NCBI RefSeq assembly: GCF_009914755.1
Contig: NC_060929.1
DNA length: 64,000 nt
Source: the human T2T-CHM13v2.0 reference genome, Homo sapiens
Reading direction: 5' to 3' (one strand)
The notes beneath the pieces are model-generated. The model was not told the origin of the DNA. It was given only the letters and a program-made list of their open reading frames with translations, and did no database searches. Made by a program: the position numbers and the translations under genes. Positions within the stretch are counted from its first letter, which is position 1. Every line of letters starts with the position of its first letter. Positions 1 to 11,977 of the stretch are shown here, in pieces.

Positions 1-619
1 TGAAAAGTTTCTAATTTAAAAATTGGCAGAAAAAATAATTGGGGTATGAGCACAAAATGGAGCCAAAAAGGAGGCAAAAATAACCTCTACATTCTTTAAT
101 GATCTGACTCTAGATGAACTCAGTGATTTGGTTCTGCATTTTCTAGAGGCTATATGGAAACTTCTCCTTGGAGGCCCTCCTAAATAGGACACTGATGTAA
201 TAAACAGCAGCCCTCGACAAATACCTTGTGATAAGTTCAGCTCTGCATTTGAAAGGGTGTGTTTTTTTTTTTTCCTTTTTCCCAAGTGCACTCTGGAGTC
301 CCTTTTTCCTACTGATCTGGCTTTGATCTTGGAGTGGATGGGCTGCTAGTTCTTCAAGGGCCTCTCACTAAAATACTGACCGGCAATGAGTGTGAGATGG
401 TACTTACAGAGAAGTGCTTGAAATCCAGGTGTTAGGTCTTACTAATGAATACAGTTATGCTTAGGGGAATCTTTTAGCAGCTAAGCCGATGAGGTCTGTT
501 CTATCTCAACTAACTTGGGAAGGGTTGCTCATAAACAGGATCAAATTTCCTTTTGTGTAATAGTTTTATAGAACTATTATTATTAAATAAATAGAAATAA
601 ATATTTCTATTTATTTAAT

Positions 620-786
620 TATTTTTTATTTATTTTTTGAGATGGGGTCTTGCTCTGTTGCTCATGCTGGAGTGCAGTGCTGCAGTCATGGCTCACTGTA
701 GACTTGACCTCCTGGACTCAAGAGAGTCTCCTGCCTTGGCTTCCCAAAATGCTAGGATTACTGATGTGAGCCACTGCGCTCCGCCT
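620..786 (-). mobile_element. Monomeric Alu (FRAM/AluJ-like)
   Basis: Reverse complement reads GCGCAGTGGCTCACATCAGTAATCCTAGCATTTTGGGAAGCC...GCACTCCAGCATGAGCAACAGAGCAAGACCCCATCTC followed by an A-rich tail; only ~160 bp. Confidence 0.85.
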
Positions 787-1457
787 GTGCAATGACTTTG
801 AATATGATGCAGTGCATGGACAGACAAAATGGATGACCTAGTCTCCAGATTTCTATTTCTTATAAATACATCCATGATAATCTTCACCTGAAAAAATTTG
901 ACAAGTATAACCAGGTGATCACCTCTTTTCCCCATGAAAACAAAACAAATCTCAGTGAAGCGGCTCTTAAAATGCCCGGCTTTGAATAATGTTACTTGAC
1001 TCTTCTGTTTTTAAATTTCTACAGAGTTAACCTTTTTATGTACTTTTTTGAGGGATCTTTAATAACTAACTGGAAGTATGTAGGTGTATATGAAAATTTT
1101 TGTCCTTTGCAGCTGTCTTAGACACATATTCATATGTACTTACTTGAAGGTGAACATTTTAGATGGTATGGCTCTATTAAGTATGAGAGGCTTTCTTACA
1201 AAAACAGGCAGATCTTGAAATAAGTGTTGTGACACAAGGGATTCTTTTGTAGAATGCTGTCTCTTGAAGTGACTTTGGTTTCTCTGATTCTTGTGACAGG
1301 TTTTCTTTTAAAAAGCTATAAAGTGACGTAGGGATGTATTGATTTCCATTAAGGGCTAGGGTACTTAGAAATTTCTCTCCTGTACAACATATATTTGTGA
1401 GCAATATGTGAATTTTCTTTTGTAACCCACTAAAGAGAGTGATCTATTGCTTCTCTA

Positions 1458-1700
1458 CAGAGCGACAATCTTCAATTTTGGGGGAGACCATGTACAGAAA
1501 GACATGTTTTATATAGTGACCTAGGATACACACACATACACGTATAACTGAATAAAACATTTCATGAAACAATCCTTTCCCTTTCTTCATTGGACTGTGA
1601 TAATTTCTGTTCTATTGCATTAAAAAACACCAGTCACAATCTACCAAACTTGATTTCATGACCCACTAATGTGCTGTGACCCACAGTTTGAAAATCACTG
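1458..1700. mobile_element. hAT-Charlie DNA transposon remnant (Charlie4-like)
   Basis: Terminal sequence tttcatgacccactaatgtgctgtgacccacagtttgaaaatcactg resembles a Charlie-family end; left boundary uncertain. Confidence 0.5.
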
Positions 1701-1912
1701 CTGTCGAGATTTTGCAGCAAGCCAGACTCTCTTTCGGAAGGAAGATGTGACAGTGAAATTCTAAATTCTCTAACGTAGCAAAATTGAACACAGTGTTGGG
1801 AGAATGGAGTTTGAGAAGGAAAAGAAAGGAAGAAAAAGTGTGAATGATTGGTCTTTCATTCTAGGCTGTGTTGATGCCCTAGCCAGTGATGCCATTCTTC
1901 CTCTTTCTGCAG

Positions 1913-2066
1913 CTTGACCACATATTATCCCCTCCACCCATGCCGTTTCGGAAATGCAGCAACCCAGATGTGGCTTCTGGCCCTGGAAAATCACTGAAGT
2001 ATAAAAGACAGCTGAGTGAGGATGGAAGACAGCTAAGGCGAGGGAGCCTGGGAGGAGCCCTGACTG
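1913..2066 (+). CDS. MAST4: MAST4 internal coding exon (probably exon 2), 154 nt, phase 0 to 1
   Basis: Acceptor ttcttcctctttctgcAG (AG 1911-1912) and donor G|GTGAGT (2067). Translates LDHILSPPPMPFRKCSNPDVASGPGKSLKYKRQLSEDGRQLRRGSLGGALT(G), recognised as the N-terminal region of human MAST4. Exon number is from memory. Confidence 0.95.
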
Positions 2067-2283
2067 GTGAGTCGCAGCGGCTTGGATGAGAGAAGGAATT
2101 GCATTTCTTTACAAGGTCCTGCATGGCCCCAGAGTTCCACATGTAATCAGCTTTCTTAAGAATGGGCCTGCCTCTGCAGACCATTTCATAAAAATCTTAT
2201 CTAATCCAGAAAGCAGTTAAATTGAAAATTTTATTAATAAACTTTGCTGAAATATAATTTACATGCAGTGACAATATCCCCAA

Positions 2284-2284
2284 T

Positions 2285-2335
<51 letters not shown>

Positions 2336-2338
2336 TTT
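2284..2338. repeat. (TTTA)n tetranucleotide microsatellite, ~13 units
   Basis: Directly visible perfect array derived from the Alu tail. Confidence 0.95.
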
Positions 2339-2625
2339 TTTGAGACAGAGTCTCGCTCCGTTGCTAGGCTGGAGTGCAGTGGTGTGGCATGATCTCGGCT
2401 CACTGCAACCTCCGCCTCCCAGGTTCAAGCGATTCTCCTGCCTCAGCCTCCTGAGTAGCTGGGATTACAGGCACACACCACCACGCCCAGCTAATTTTTG
2501 TATTTTTATTGGAGACGGGGTTTCACCATGTTGGCCAAGATGGTCGTGATCTCTTGACCTCGTGATCTGCCTGCCGTGGCCTCCCAAAGTGCTGGGATTA
2601 CAGGTGTGAGCCACCGCACCCGGCC
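2287..2625 (-). mobile_element. AluS (AluSc-like) with (TTTA)n tail and TSD
   Basis: Full dimeric Alu. TSD aatatccccaattt at 2273-2286 and 2626-2639. The tail has become a (TTTA)n microsatellite. Confidence 0.95.
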
Positions 2626-2956
2626 AATATCCCCAATTTTAAGTTTATGTTTGGATGGATTTTTGCAAATTTATACCTCAGTTTAACTACTGCCGTGATC
2701 AGGATATAAAATGTTTCCCATGCTCTTCCTAGTCAAACCCACCCTCTACTTCCACCCTCAACTCCAAATCCTTGGCCCTAGGCAGCCATAGATCTGCTCT
2801 GTTATTATAGATTAGATAGACCTTATCAAGGGGTTTACATTAATGGAAGCAGAGTATCTACTCCTTTGGTCTGGATTCTTTTGCTCAGTGTGATGTTTTT
2901 AAGATTCACCCATGTTGTTGCGTGTGTTAGTAGCGTATGTTTAACTTTATAAAATT

Positions 2957-3190
2957 AGGTTCTAGTGTTCTATACTACTGTAGGATAACTGTAATTAACA
3001 AATATATATAATTTCAAATAGCTAGAGGAATGATATTGAATGTTCCCAACACAAAGAAATGATAAATGTTTGAGATATGATGAATATGCTAACTACCCTG
3101 ATCTGATCGCTATACATTATATGATTGGAACATCACTAGTACCTCATGAATATGTATAAATTATTCTTTGTTAATAAAAATAAAATTAGA
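2957..3190 (+). mobile_element. L1MA 3' end nested in the older antisense L1
   Basis: gaatgttcccaacacaaagaaatgataaatgtttgag...taccctgatctgatc...A-rich end. It splits the host L1 phrase tttaactttataa / gaaactgc. Confidence 0.8.
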
Positions 3191-5149
3191 AAAGAAACTG
3201 CTAAACGGTTTTCTAAAATTGTGCCATTTTACATTCCTGACAGGTATGGATGAACGATCCAATTGCTGTGCGTTCTTGCTAACCTGTGGTATTGCCAGTT
3301 TTAAAAATTTTAGCCATTTTCAGTGTTACATAGATGTATCACATTGTGGGTTTCATTTATGTTTCCTTGGTGACTAGATAATCTAGAACACCTTTTCAAG
3401 TGCTTATTGGACAATTATTTGTGTCTCGTGAAGTATTGGTTCAATTCTTTCACCCCTTTTTAAATTTCATTGTTAAAATTGAGAAATTTTCAAATCCAGA
3501 AAACTCACAAATTATTTTTGACTGCAAAATACCCAAATTAAGATAAGTTAAAGCCTAGCTTTTAAAAGGTAACTCACCACTTAAAATTGTATGTTATTAA
3601 CTATATACCACTGAAAGCTGGATTTCTGTTATTTCATCAGAGTACTTTTTCCTCTAGATATAAATATTTTCACGGAACTTTGTTTCTTAAAATCCCCAAA
3701 CAGAGTTTTCTTTCTACATGATGGTCTTGTCTACCAGTTTAAAAATGGCCTGGAAAGTAAGTTGAATTACTCATTTTTTTTTTTTTTGGAGAACTATGGA
3801 TTTTGACGTTTTGAAGATGAAATTTCTGGGAACAGAAGTGCTACTGCCACATGATTAGTGGAGTCTGGGACATCTGACCCTGTGTGCCACTCTGCTGGAA
3901 CAAAAGGCCAAACTACCTCAGGCCAAGGGGGAGAAATTCATCAAAAAAACTGCTGCAGTTTAAGGCAAATCTTTTCCCTTGAGTTTACTGATGCTCTTCT
4001 AATGCTTGTTAGGATATTTTTCTTTGCTTTCATTTCATAAATGCAGACTATTTGCTTTTTAAAGTAGGAGATCCCAAAGATTATTCTCTTGTAGGTAAGA
4101 AAATTAAATCTTAAAGGTTAAAAGACTCATCCTTTTATTTATTAATTTCACTTAGGAAATTTACTTACCTTGATTCAACTATTTTTGATAGATAGGAGGG
4201 GCAGTAATTATTCTATCCATTTTTGCTAAAGCAGTTTACATAAAGCTTTAAAATAATGCAAGGGTATGGCTGTTGATCAGATATATGATCTCAAACATGA
4301 AATTTGGCCTTTAGCTTTGAAAATAAATAGCCGGACTTGATTCTCTTGTCATAATTTTAACAGCTCTAGCAAGTCAATCCTTAGACAATTAGTTCGCTAC
4401 ACAATTACTTTTGGTAACTAAGTCTTTGGTCAGATAATTTTTTTAAATGTTTAATAGTCCTTAGAAGAGCTAAAAAAAAAATCCATCGAACGTCAGCCTG
4501 TTTTTGAAGACAGTTCCTTGAAAATTATATTAGAATATGAAAAAAACATTTTTAATTGTTCCTCTGTATGGTTTAGCTGAAGATTTAATGAAATAATATA
4601 CACAAAGCAGCTAGCCCAGGCAGCTGTTAGTATTATGTGCATAACTAATTGAATTTGGGGGGATTTGGAGTTGATGGGTGGCATGGGCTCATGGAAATGA
4701 GTTTGGTACCCTTATCGACTGGCTTGCTACTTGGTGTTAGGCACTGTGTTCATGTCAGGCTAGTGTCAGATGTTGGAGCACAGAGAAGACAGCATCTTCC
4801 CTGATCTTTAAAAAATGTGTTTTCCACTAGTTTTAGGTAACCAAATAATCACATGTGATCTCATCTTGGGACATACCCTGTTGCTAAACTTAAAATAAGT
4901 CTTACTGGTTTTTCCATCAGAGGCCCATGCCTGATCTAATCTGTTACTTAACAACTGACCACCTTCTCATTGTTTTACTTTGTTTTAATCCAAGGATCTT
5001 TTCTTTGGCAGCATTCTGCTTTCCTTAAAACAAAGATTTTTAGTTTATGGTTGGACAGTTTTGCCAACCAATTATCCTTGATAAGGTTCACTAAACTTTT
5101 AGCTTTTTGAAAGGAAGATCTGTGATCAATTTATATATTTATCCCTTAT

Positions 5150-5405
5150 AATGATAGCTAATATTAAAAGCTTACTGTGTAGCAGGCATTGTGTTTAGGG
5201 AATTATATTTACTGGCTTATTTAATCCTTATAACATCTGTGTGTGTCTATGAGGGAGACACTGTTAGCTCATTTTACACATGAGAACACTGAGGCACAAG
5301 CAGGTTGAGTAACTTCCTTGAGGTCACAGTCCTCACAACAGAAGGCGAGGATTTGAACCCAGGCATCATGGCTCCAGAGTTCATGCTCACAACTGCTACA
5401 CTGTT
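5150..5405 (-). mobile_element. MIR SINE
   Basis: MIR core cattttacacatgagaacactgaggcac...aggttgagtaacttcc...ggtcacag...ggatttgaacccaggca. Confidence 0.85.
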
Positions 5406-5941
5406 CCTAGCATAGTCAGTACCTAGTAGGTTTTAAATAAACTCTTAATTCCAGCAGTATTAACTGGAGTGAATCTTAGGTGGGAAAATTGTTCACTCAG
5501 TTAAAATTTGTGGTTGGCTCAATCTGTAGGGCTCCCAGTCGTTTAATTGTAAAAATAAAGTAAAACTAGGCAATTAGTACATATTTAAAACCTTAAAATT
5601 CACACATTGGTCGACCCAGAAATTTGACTTCTCAGAATTCATCACAAGGAAACAGTCATATGTCAAGAGAATTAACCTTAGTTATATATAAAGCAGTACC
5701 ATTTATAATAATTAAAATTTCATATTATCTAAATAGCTGGCAAATGAATACTGCTTAAACATATTATGGTACGCACATAAAATGGAAAACAATTGTAAAC
5801 ATTAAAGGTCATATTATAAAAAATATGTTTTAATATTGAAAGAGACTCACAATATATTAATGTGAAATCCCATTGTTAAATGGTCTCATAGTGTCTCATA
5901 CTACCTAAGACTTACTGTATTTGTAATTAAATAATTGTATA

Positions 5942-6093
5942 CAGACGGTCCCCCACTTACTATGGTTTGGCTTTTGACTTTTCAACTTTATGATGAGTTT
6001 AGTGGGGTATGAAATGCATTATTGACTTAAGATATTTTTTACTTCTGATGGGTTTATCTGGATGTAACCCCACTGTAAGATGAGGAGCATCTG
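5942..6093 (-). mobile_element. Tigger4a/MER46-like MITE
   Basis: Imperfect TIRs cagacggtccccacttac ... gtaagatgaggagcatctg, TA on the left, internal gggtttatctggatgtaacccc. Confidence 0.75.
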
Positions 6094-6667
6094 TCTTTAC
6101 TGAGGAGGAGGAAAACAATTACTTTCTGCTAAGGAATTTTCTCAAATTGGAGTGATGGTTGAGTAGGCTTCCTTTAAAAATGGGCAAGTGAAGGATGCTA
6201 TGGCCTTTTTTGTACACTGCAGCTTAATCCACGAGATAGTTTTTGAACCCGAGTTTTTCTGTGGCATTTGGTGGTGTATCAGTCAGCAACAGTAATGTTG
6301 CATAACTGCAAACATCTCAATGGTAGACAACAAGAAGTATTTTTTTCTTGTTCAGATGGCTATAGGTTAGTTGGGGTTTGGCTGTAGGTCACTCTGGGCC
6401 CTACTGGGCTTGGTTCCAGGTTGCAGTTTGGGTCCAGATTTGTTCTATGTGTCTACCTTCTTCTTTAGACCAGCAGCTACCAAAGGCATCATCTCCTTAT
6501 GAAAGACAGGAGCATGAGAGGGCAAGTTCTCCTGTACAGGCACATTTCAAGGTTCTGCTGGTGTCATATCTGCTAATTTTATATTGGCTAATGCAAACGG
6601 CATGGTGAAGCCCAGAGACAAGGGGTAGAAGCACACTTCACTTGATACCTTGTCCAGGATGCAGGTA

Positions 6668-7468
6668 CAGTCATGTGCCACATAAAGTCATTTTGGTCAG
6701 TGATGGGCCATATATATGACAGTGGTCCCATAAGATTATAATGGAACTGAAAAGCTCCTATTATATGGTAATGTCTAGATGATCCTGACTCTGCATAGGC
6801 CTAGGCTAATGTGTTTGTGTCTTAGTTTTTAAACAAAAAAGTTTAAAAAGTAAAAGAAAAAAATAGAAAAAAAAGCTTATAGAATAAGGATATAAAGAAG
6901 AAAATGTTTTTGTACAGCTCTGCAATGTGTTTGTATTTTAAGCTAAGTGTTATTACAAAAGTCAGAAAGTTTAAAATTAAGAAGTTTATAAAGTAAAAGT
7001 TACAGTAGGATAAGGTTAACTTATTAAAGAAAGAAAAATATCTTTTAAATCAGTGTAGCCTAAGTGTACATTGTTTCTAAAGTCTACGGTGATGTCCTAG
7101 GTCTTCACATTCACTCACTACTCACTGACTCCCTGGTAGCAACTTCTATTCCTGCAGACTCTATTCATGGCAAGTATCCTATACAGGTGTACCACTTTTT
7201 ATCTTTTATATTTTAAGGTAGCTTTTCTATGTTTAGATATGCACATACTGATCATTGTGTTGCAGTTGCCTACAGTATTAGGTGCAGTTGCATGCTATAC
7301 ACGTTTGTAGCCTAGGAGTAATAGGCTATATACCCTGTAGTTTGGTTGCACAGTAGGCTACACCATCTAAGTTTGCATAAGTACACCCTATGATGTTTGC
7401 ACAATGACAGAATTGCCTAAGGAAGCATTTCTCAGAATGTATACTTTTTGCTAAGCAATGCATGACTG
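6668..7468 (-). mobile_element. Tigger3 (Tigger3b/MER7-like) DNA transposon
   Basis: TIRs cagtcatgtg... and ...gcatgactg, flanked by TA on both sides (6666-6667, 7469-7470); internal ggtcccataagattataat. Confidence 0.9.
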
Positions 7469-7474
7469 TATATA

Positions 7475-7770
7475 CAGTTGTCCCTCAGTAGCCACAGATT
7501 CCAGGTTCCAGGATACCGAAGTTCATAGTTGCTCAAGTCACTGATATAAAATGGTGTAGTATTTGCATGTAACCTATGCATATCCTCCTGTAAGCTTTAA
7601 ATCATCTCTGGGTGATTTATATCACCTAATACAATGTAAATATTAATATTCTATAAATAATTGCTGTACTGTATTTTAACATTTGTATCACTTTTATCGT
7701 ATCAATATTTATGTTTTTTCCGAATATTTTTGATCCACAGTTCGTTGAATCTGGATGTGACAGCTGACTG
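7475..7770 (+). mobile_element. MER2 (TcMar-Tigger) MITE
   Basis: TA-cagttgtccctcagta...gctcaagtcactgatataaaatggtgtagtatttgcat...gctgactg-TA. Confidence 0.85.
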
Positions 7771-9039
7771 TAATGTTACTTCAGGGGAGTAAAGAATTGG
7801 AACTGATAATTCAGTCTATCCTAGTTAGCTTCTTAAAAAAAATCTTTTACAATAAAATATTTTATTTAACTATTTTTAAGTTTCAAAGTAATATGTATTC
7901 AATGTAGACAATTTAGAAAATACAGAACAGTATAATGAAAAAGCCCAAAACCCCATAATTTCACTATGCATAGACACTCATGATTGAAATGTTTGCATTT
8001 TCCTCCCTAGCTAAACTTTTGAATCACTAAGGGCATTAGATTAAAGACGAGAAAATAACCAGTGCCCTTTTTGCAGGGCTGGCATTTAAACAATAGACCT
8101 GGAGCTCACTATGCACATTACTGCCTGGATTTTTATTTTAGAGGCTGATGTGTTTCCTGTCTTGAAGGTCCACAGCTTGCTAAATAAGCACCTAGAAGCC
8201 TCATGTAAACATTGACTGAGCTTTGGAGCCCCCTGATGAGGAAGTGCAGCATTATTCTAATCATTATAGAGACCCTTAAGTCTGGGTATTGTTGGTAATA
8301 TGCCTCACAGCTCACAGTGAGGAAGCTGCAGAATGAAGGACAGAATCTTGGGATCTTGAATCCTGGCTTCTTGATATGCAAATGCATGCCCCAAATCCTT
8401 GTCCTGCATTCTACAGCTGTGATGTATGTTACAGCCGTAACAGCCAGAGAATGAGTGCTGCTTTTCTCCACGAAGAGAGTTGTGTTTTTTTTCCCCCCAA
8501 ATGTTTGGGTTGGTTGGAATGTAAAAGAAAGACAAAAATCTATATATATGTGTATAACATGCACATAATAATAAGAAATCAGCTTTGCAGACAATATAAA
8601 CTAGAATTTTAAAGCTGTTAGAATCATGACGTTCTATCTTGGGAAGAAAGTTGAGAGGGTTTTCTTTTTTGGACTATAGAAATCAATTTGGAATAACGTC
8701 TGAAAATTTTTAAAACGGCATTTTTTAGTGTTTTTTTTTTACTTAGAGAAAGGAACAACACAATCCCAGAAAACATTCTTTCATTTAAAATTAACCTGGA
8801 AGCTATTGCTTTTAATTACTCTGTAGTACCCAATGGGTTTCTCATCCTAAAGACCTCCTTAGCTTAGTGGGCAAGCCTGAAATAATTCAGATTAAAGATA
8901 ATTTATATAAAGTATGGCTGTTTTATGGGTAGCTTTGGTATTTACTAAATATCACACTTAAATACAACTTAAACTTTCCTATACACTCCAGATTTCTTCA
9001 GTTTTGTAGCACCATCAAAAGAATGCCTGTATAAAAATG

Positions 9040-9378
9040 GTGTGTGTTAAGATAATGCTACATGCTATGACAAGCAAACCAGAAAATATCAATGGCTTAA
9101 CACAATAGTAGTTTATTTCTTGCTCATGTAGTAATTCAAAGTAAATGTTTGGGTTCATAGGCAACTTTCCTCCCGTGGTGACTCAGGGACCCACATTCCA
9201 TCTTCTGGTTTTGCTCTTCTTAATAGCCTTGAGGTACCGTTTCCAGTTGGCAGAAGTGGAAAGAGAGAGGAGAAACCCTTCTGACTTCTTAAAAGTCCCA
9301 GCCTGGAAGAGACATGCTAATTTCCGTTCCTATTCTTTTAGAAAGATCTAATCACATGGTCACAGATGAATGTAAAGT

Positions 9379-9430
<52 letters not shown>

Positions 9431-9455
9431 TGCTAGGGAAATATGGTCCCTGCTG
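9040..9455. mobile_element. MLT1-type LTR fragment containing a (TG)n tract
   Basis: aatggcttaacacaatagtagtttatttcttgctcatg...gtgactcagggaccca...aatcacatggtcaca...gggaaatatggtcc. Confidence 0.65.
9383..9429. repeat. (GT)n microsatellite, ~23 units
   Basis: Perfect dinucleotide array. Confidence 0.97.
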
Positions 9456-9776
9456 GCCTTGCCTCAGCATTCAGCTAGATAAGAGATGGGGGAGCAGGGC
9501 ACTTACTAAGTCAGGAAAGACCAGGAGAGAAACAGATTTTAACAAAGACATAGGATGTGATGAATTCTGTTTTGAGTATGTTTGAAATGCCCGATAAGAC
9601 ATGATAAATAGGCATGTCAAGTAGGACTGTGGAATCACAGAAGGAGAGAAGCATCTTCAGAGGAGGAAATGATGGCAAACCATATATTGGCTGCATGTGA
9701 GAGAGTAAGATGAGGACAGGAAAGTCTCATTGGATGGGACAATGTAGTCACTGAGTAGTCTTGGACCTGGAGAGAG

Positions 9777-10240
9777 TTATTACGGTTTTCTAGAGGGACA
9801 GAACTAATAGGATATATATACACACACACACACATATATATAAAGGGGAGTTTATTAAGTATTAACTCACATGATCACCAGGTCCCACAATAGGCCATTT
9901 GCAAGCTGAGGAGCAAGGAGAGCCAGTCCGAGTCCCAAAAGTGGAGAACTTAGAGTCTGATGTTTGAGGGCTCCAGGGCAGGAAGCATCCAGCACGAGAG
10001 AAAGATGTAGGCTGGGAAGCTAGGCCAGTCTTGTCTTTTAATGTTTTTCTGCCTGCTTATATTCTAGCCATGCTAGCAGGTAATTAGATAGTATCCACCC
10101 AGATTAAGGGTGGGTCTGCCTTTCCCAGCCCACTGACTCAAATGTTAATCTCCTTTGACAACACCCTCACAGACACATCCAGCATCCACACTTTACATCC
10201 TTCAATCCAGTCAAGTTGACACTCAGTATTAATCATCACA
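9777..10240 (-). mobile_element. MLT2A (HERV-L) solo LTR, inserted in L2-like sequence
   Basis: Reverse complement starts TGTGATGATTAATACTGAGTGTCAACTTGAC and ends ...CCTATTAGTTCTGTCCCTCTAGAAAACC, with the internal (TA/CA)n typical of MLT2A. Confidence 0.9.
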
Positions 10241-10629
10241 AGTAGGGAAGTGCAGACAGAAGTGAGAGTGGGATGGGATAAGACAAAATAGTCATTAAGG
10301 AATCAGAGATGGCTTATATCTGGATAAATAGAAGTACAGATAACTCTTTTGAGAAGAAAATGTGCAATGAAAGGGACTAGAAATATAAAGTATGAGCTGG
10401 AAGGGTATGAAGGGTCAGTGAGATCCATCTTAATGCGGGAGTCAGGAGAACTTGTTTGTAAAGCACTGAAGATGGTTTGGGTGAGAGAGACAACAGCTGA
10501 AGAAGGTGTTTGGAGGAACAGGGCTGGGTATCCAAAGCAAATGTGAAAGGGTTGACCTTTTATAGGAGGAGGGGCACTTCCCACATTGTCACAGGAGGAA
10601 GGAGGAGAAAACAGATGCCAAAGCAGGTA

Positions 10630-11075
10630 GTTCAAGTGCACCTATACCATGGAATACTACTTGGCAGTAAAAAGGAACAACTGTTGATACATGCAGCAAT
10701 CTGGATGAATGTCCAGAAAATTATGTTAAGTGAAAAAGTCAGTCCAAAGAGGTTATACTGTATAATTCCACTAATATATAACATTCTTACAATGATAAAA
10801 TTATAGAACTGGAGGACTGATTCATGGTTGCCAGGGATTAAGGAGGGGATGAGGTAGGAGGGAAGTAGGTATGGCTATAAAAGGGCAACATGAGGGATCC
10901 TTGCGATGATGGAAATGTTCTTTATCTTGATAGTCTCAATGTCCATTCTTGGGTTGTGATATTGTACTAAGGTTTTTCAAGATGTTACCATTGGGGAAAC
11001 TGGGTAAAGAGTTCTGTATTATTTCTTGTAACTGCATGTATATCTATAATTATATCAAAATGAGATAATTTTAAA
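10630..11075 (+). mobile_element. L1MC-type 3' end
   Basis: ataccatggaatactac...catgcagcaatctggatgaat...gatgttaccattggggaaactgggtaaag...tattatttcttgtaactgcatg. Confidence 0.8.
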
Positions 11076-11649
11076 AATTATATCAGTAATATTAATACAT
11101 TTGCTTTAAAAAAAAGCAGAGAGTTATTGGATTTAATGGCTTCATTTTTCTCAGTGCATTGTGAGAGACCATGGGGGAAGGGGTTCAGTTGGGAGGGTTA
11201 TATGGGAATTGAGAAGAGAAGGAGATATGACATAGTCTTGAAGAGTAAGAAGGGAAGCTATAAATGTAGTAGGATTTCTTGAAAGCATTGACAGCCCATT
11301 TAAAGTCTGAGATCATGAATTGAAAGTGAAGCCGGTCTACGTGTTTGTGCAAAAGGTTAAAGCACTAGGGAAATTCATGTACTGGGTATACTGGTTCCAG
11401 AAAACAGAGAGAGGCCTGGTCAAGGGTCATTCATAAGAGTGGTGAGGAGGGTGGACCTGAGCTGTACAGGAATGAGAGGCAGTTTTAGTGCCCATGGTGT
11501 GATATTTCTGGGGCTCGAGCCAAAGCCAGTGGGAATTTGGAAAGAGGACTAGAAGCTGGGACTTGGGTGCATGGTGGGGCTGGGGAGTGAGCAGCAGGTG
11601 GACTGAGTTTGACTTAACCAGCCCCTGAAGAATGACTGAAATGTTAATA

Positions 11650-11977
11650 TAGTCATGCATCGCTTAATGACGGGGATACGTTTAGAGAATGTGATTTCCT
11701 AATGCAAACATCATAGAGTATACTTACACAAACCTACCTGGTTTAGCCTACTGTAACCTGTTGCTCCTGGGTCACGCATCTTTACAGCATGTTACTGTAC
11801 TGCATACTGCAGGCAACTGTAACACAATGTATAACAAAATGTAACATAAGTATTTATGTATCTGACATACCTAACGTAGAAAAGGTCCAGTAAAAATACA
11901 ATATTATCCTGTTACAGGACCGCCCTCCTATGTGTAGTCCATTGTTGACCAAGACATTATTATGCGGTACATGACTA
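11650..11977 (+). mobile_element. Tigger3a (MER7A) MITE
   Basis: agtcatgcatcgcttaatgacggggatacg...gttgaccaagacattattatgcggtacatgact; TIRs retained. Confidence 0.9.

Larger units (their letters stand above)
2230..3470 (-). mobile_element. Old L1M 3' fragment, interrupted by an Alu and by an L1MA
   Basis: Typical antisense L1M phrases, e.g. ttttgctcagtgtgatgtttttaagattcacccatgttgttg and tagccattttcagtg...cattgtgggtttcatttatgtttccttggtgact. Confidence 0.7.
6275..7825. mobile_element. MLT1 (ERVL-MaLR) LTR split by Tigger3 and MER2 insertions
   Basis: MLT1-like start tgtatcagtcagc...cataac...aaacatctcaatgg and ctaattttatattggctaatgcaa...catgg; resumes after 7771 (ggggagtaaagaattggaactgataattcagtctatc). 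Confidence 0.6.

Noticed and set aside
1886-2089. 67-aa ORF read as a stand-alone gene
   Set aside because: It is the MAST4 exon plus read-through into flanking intron; the MMPFFLFLQ start is the polypyrimidine tract.
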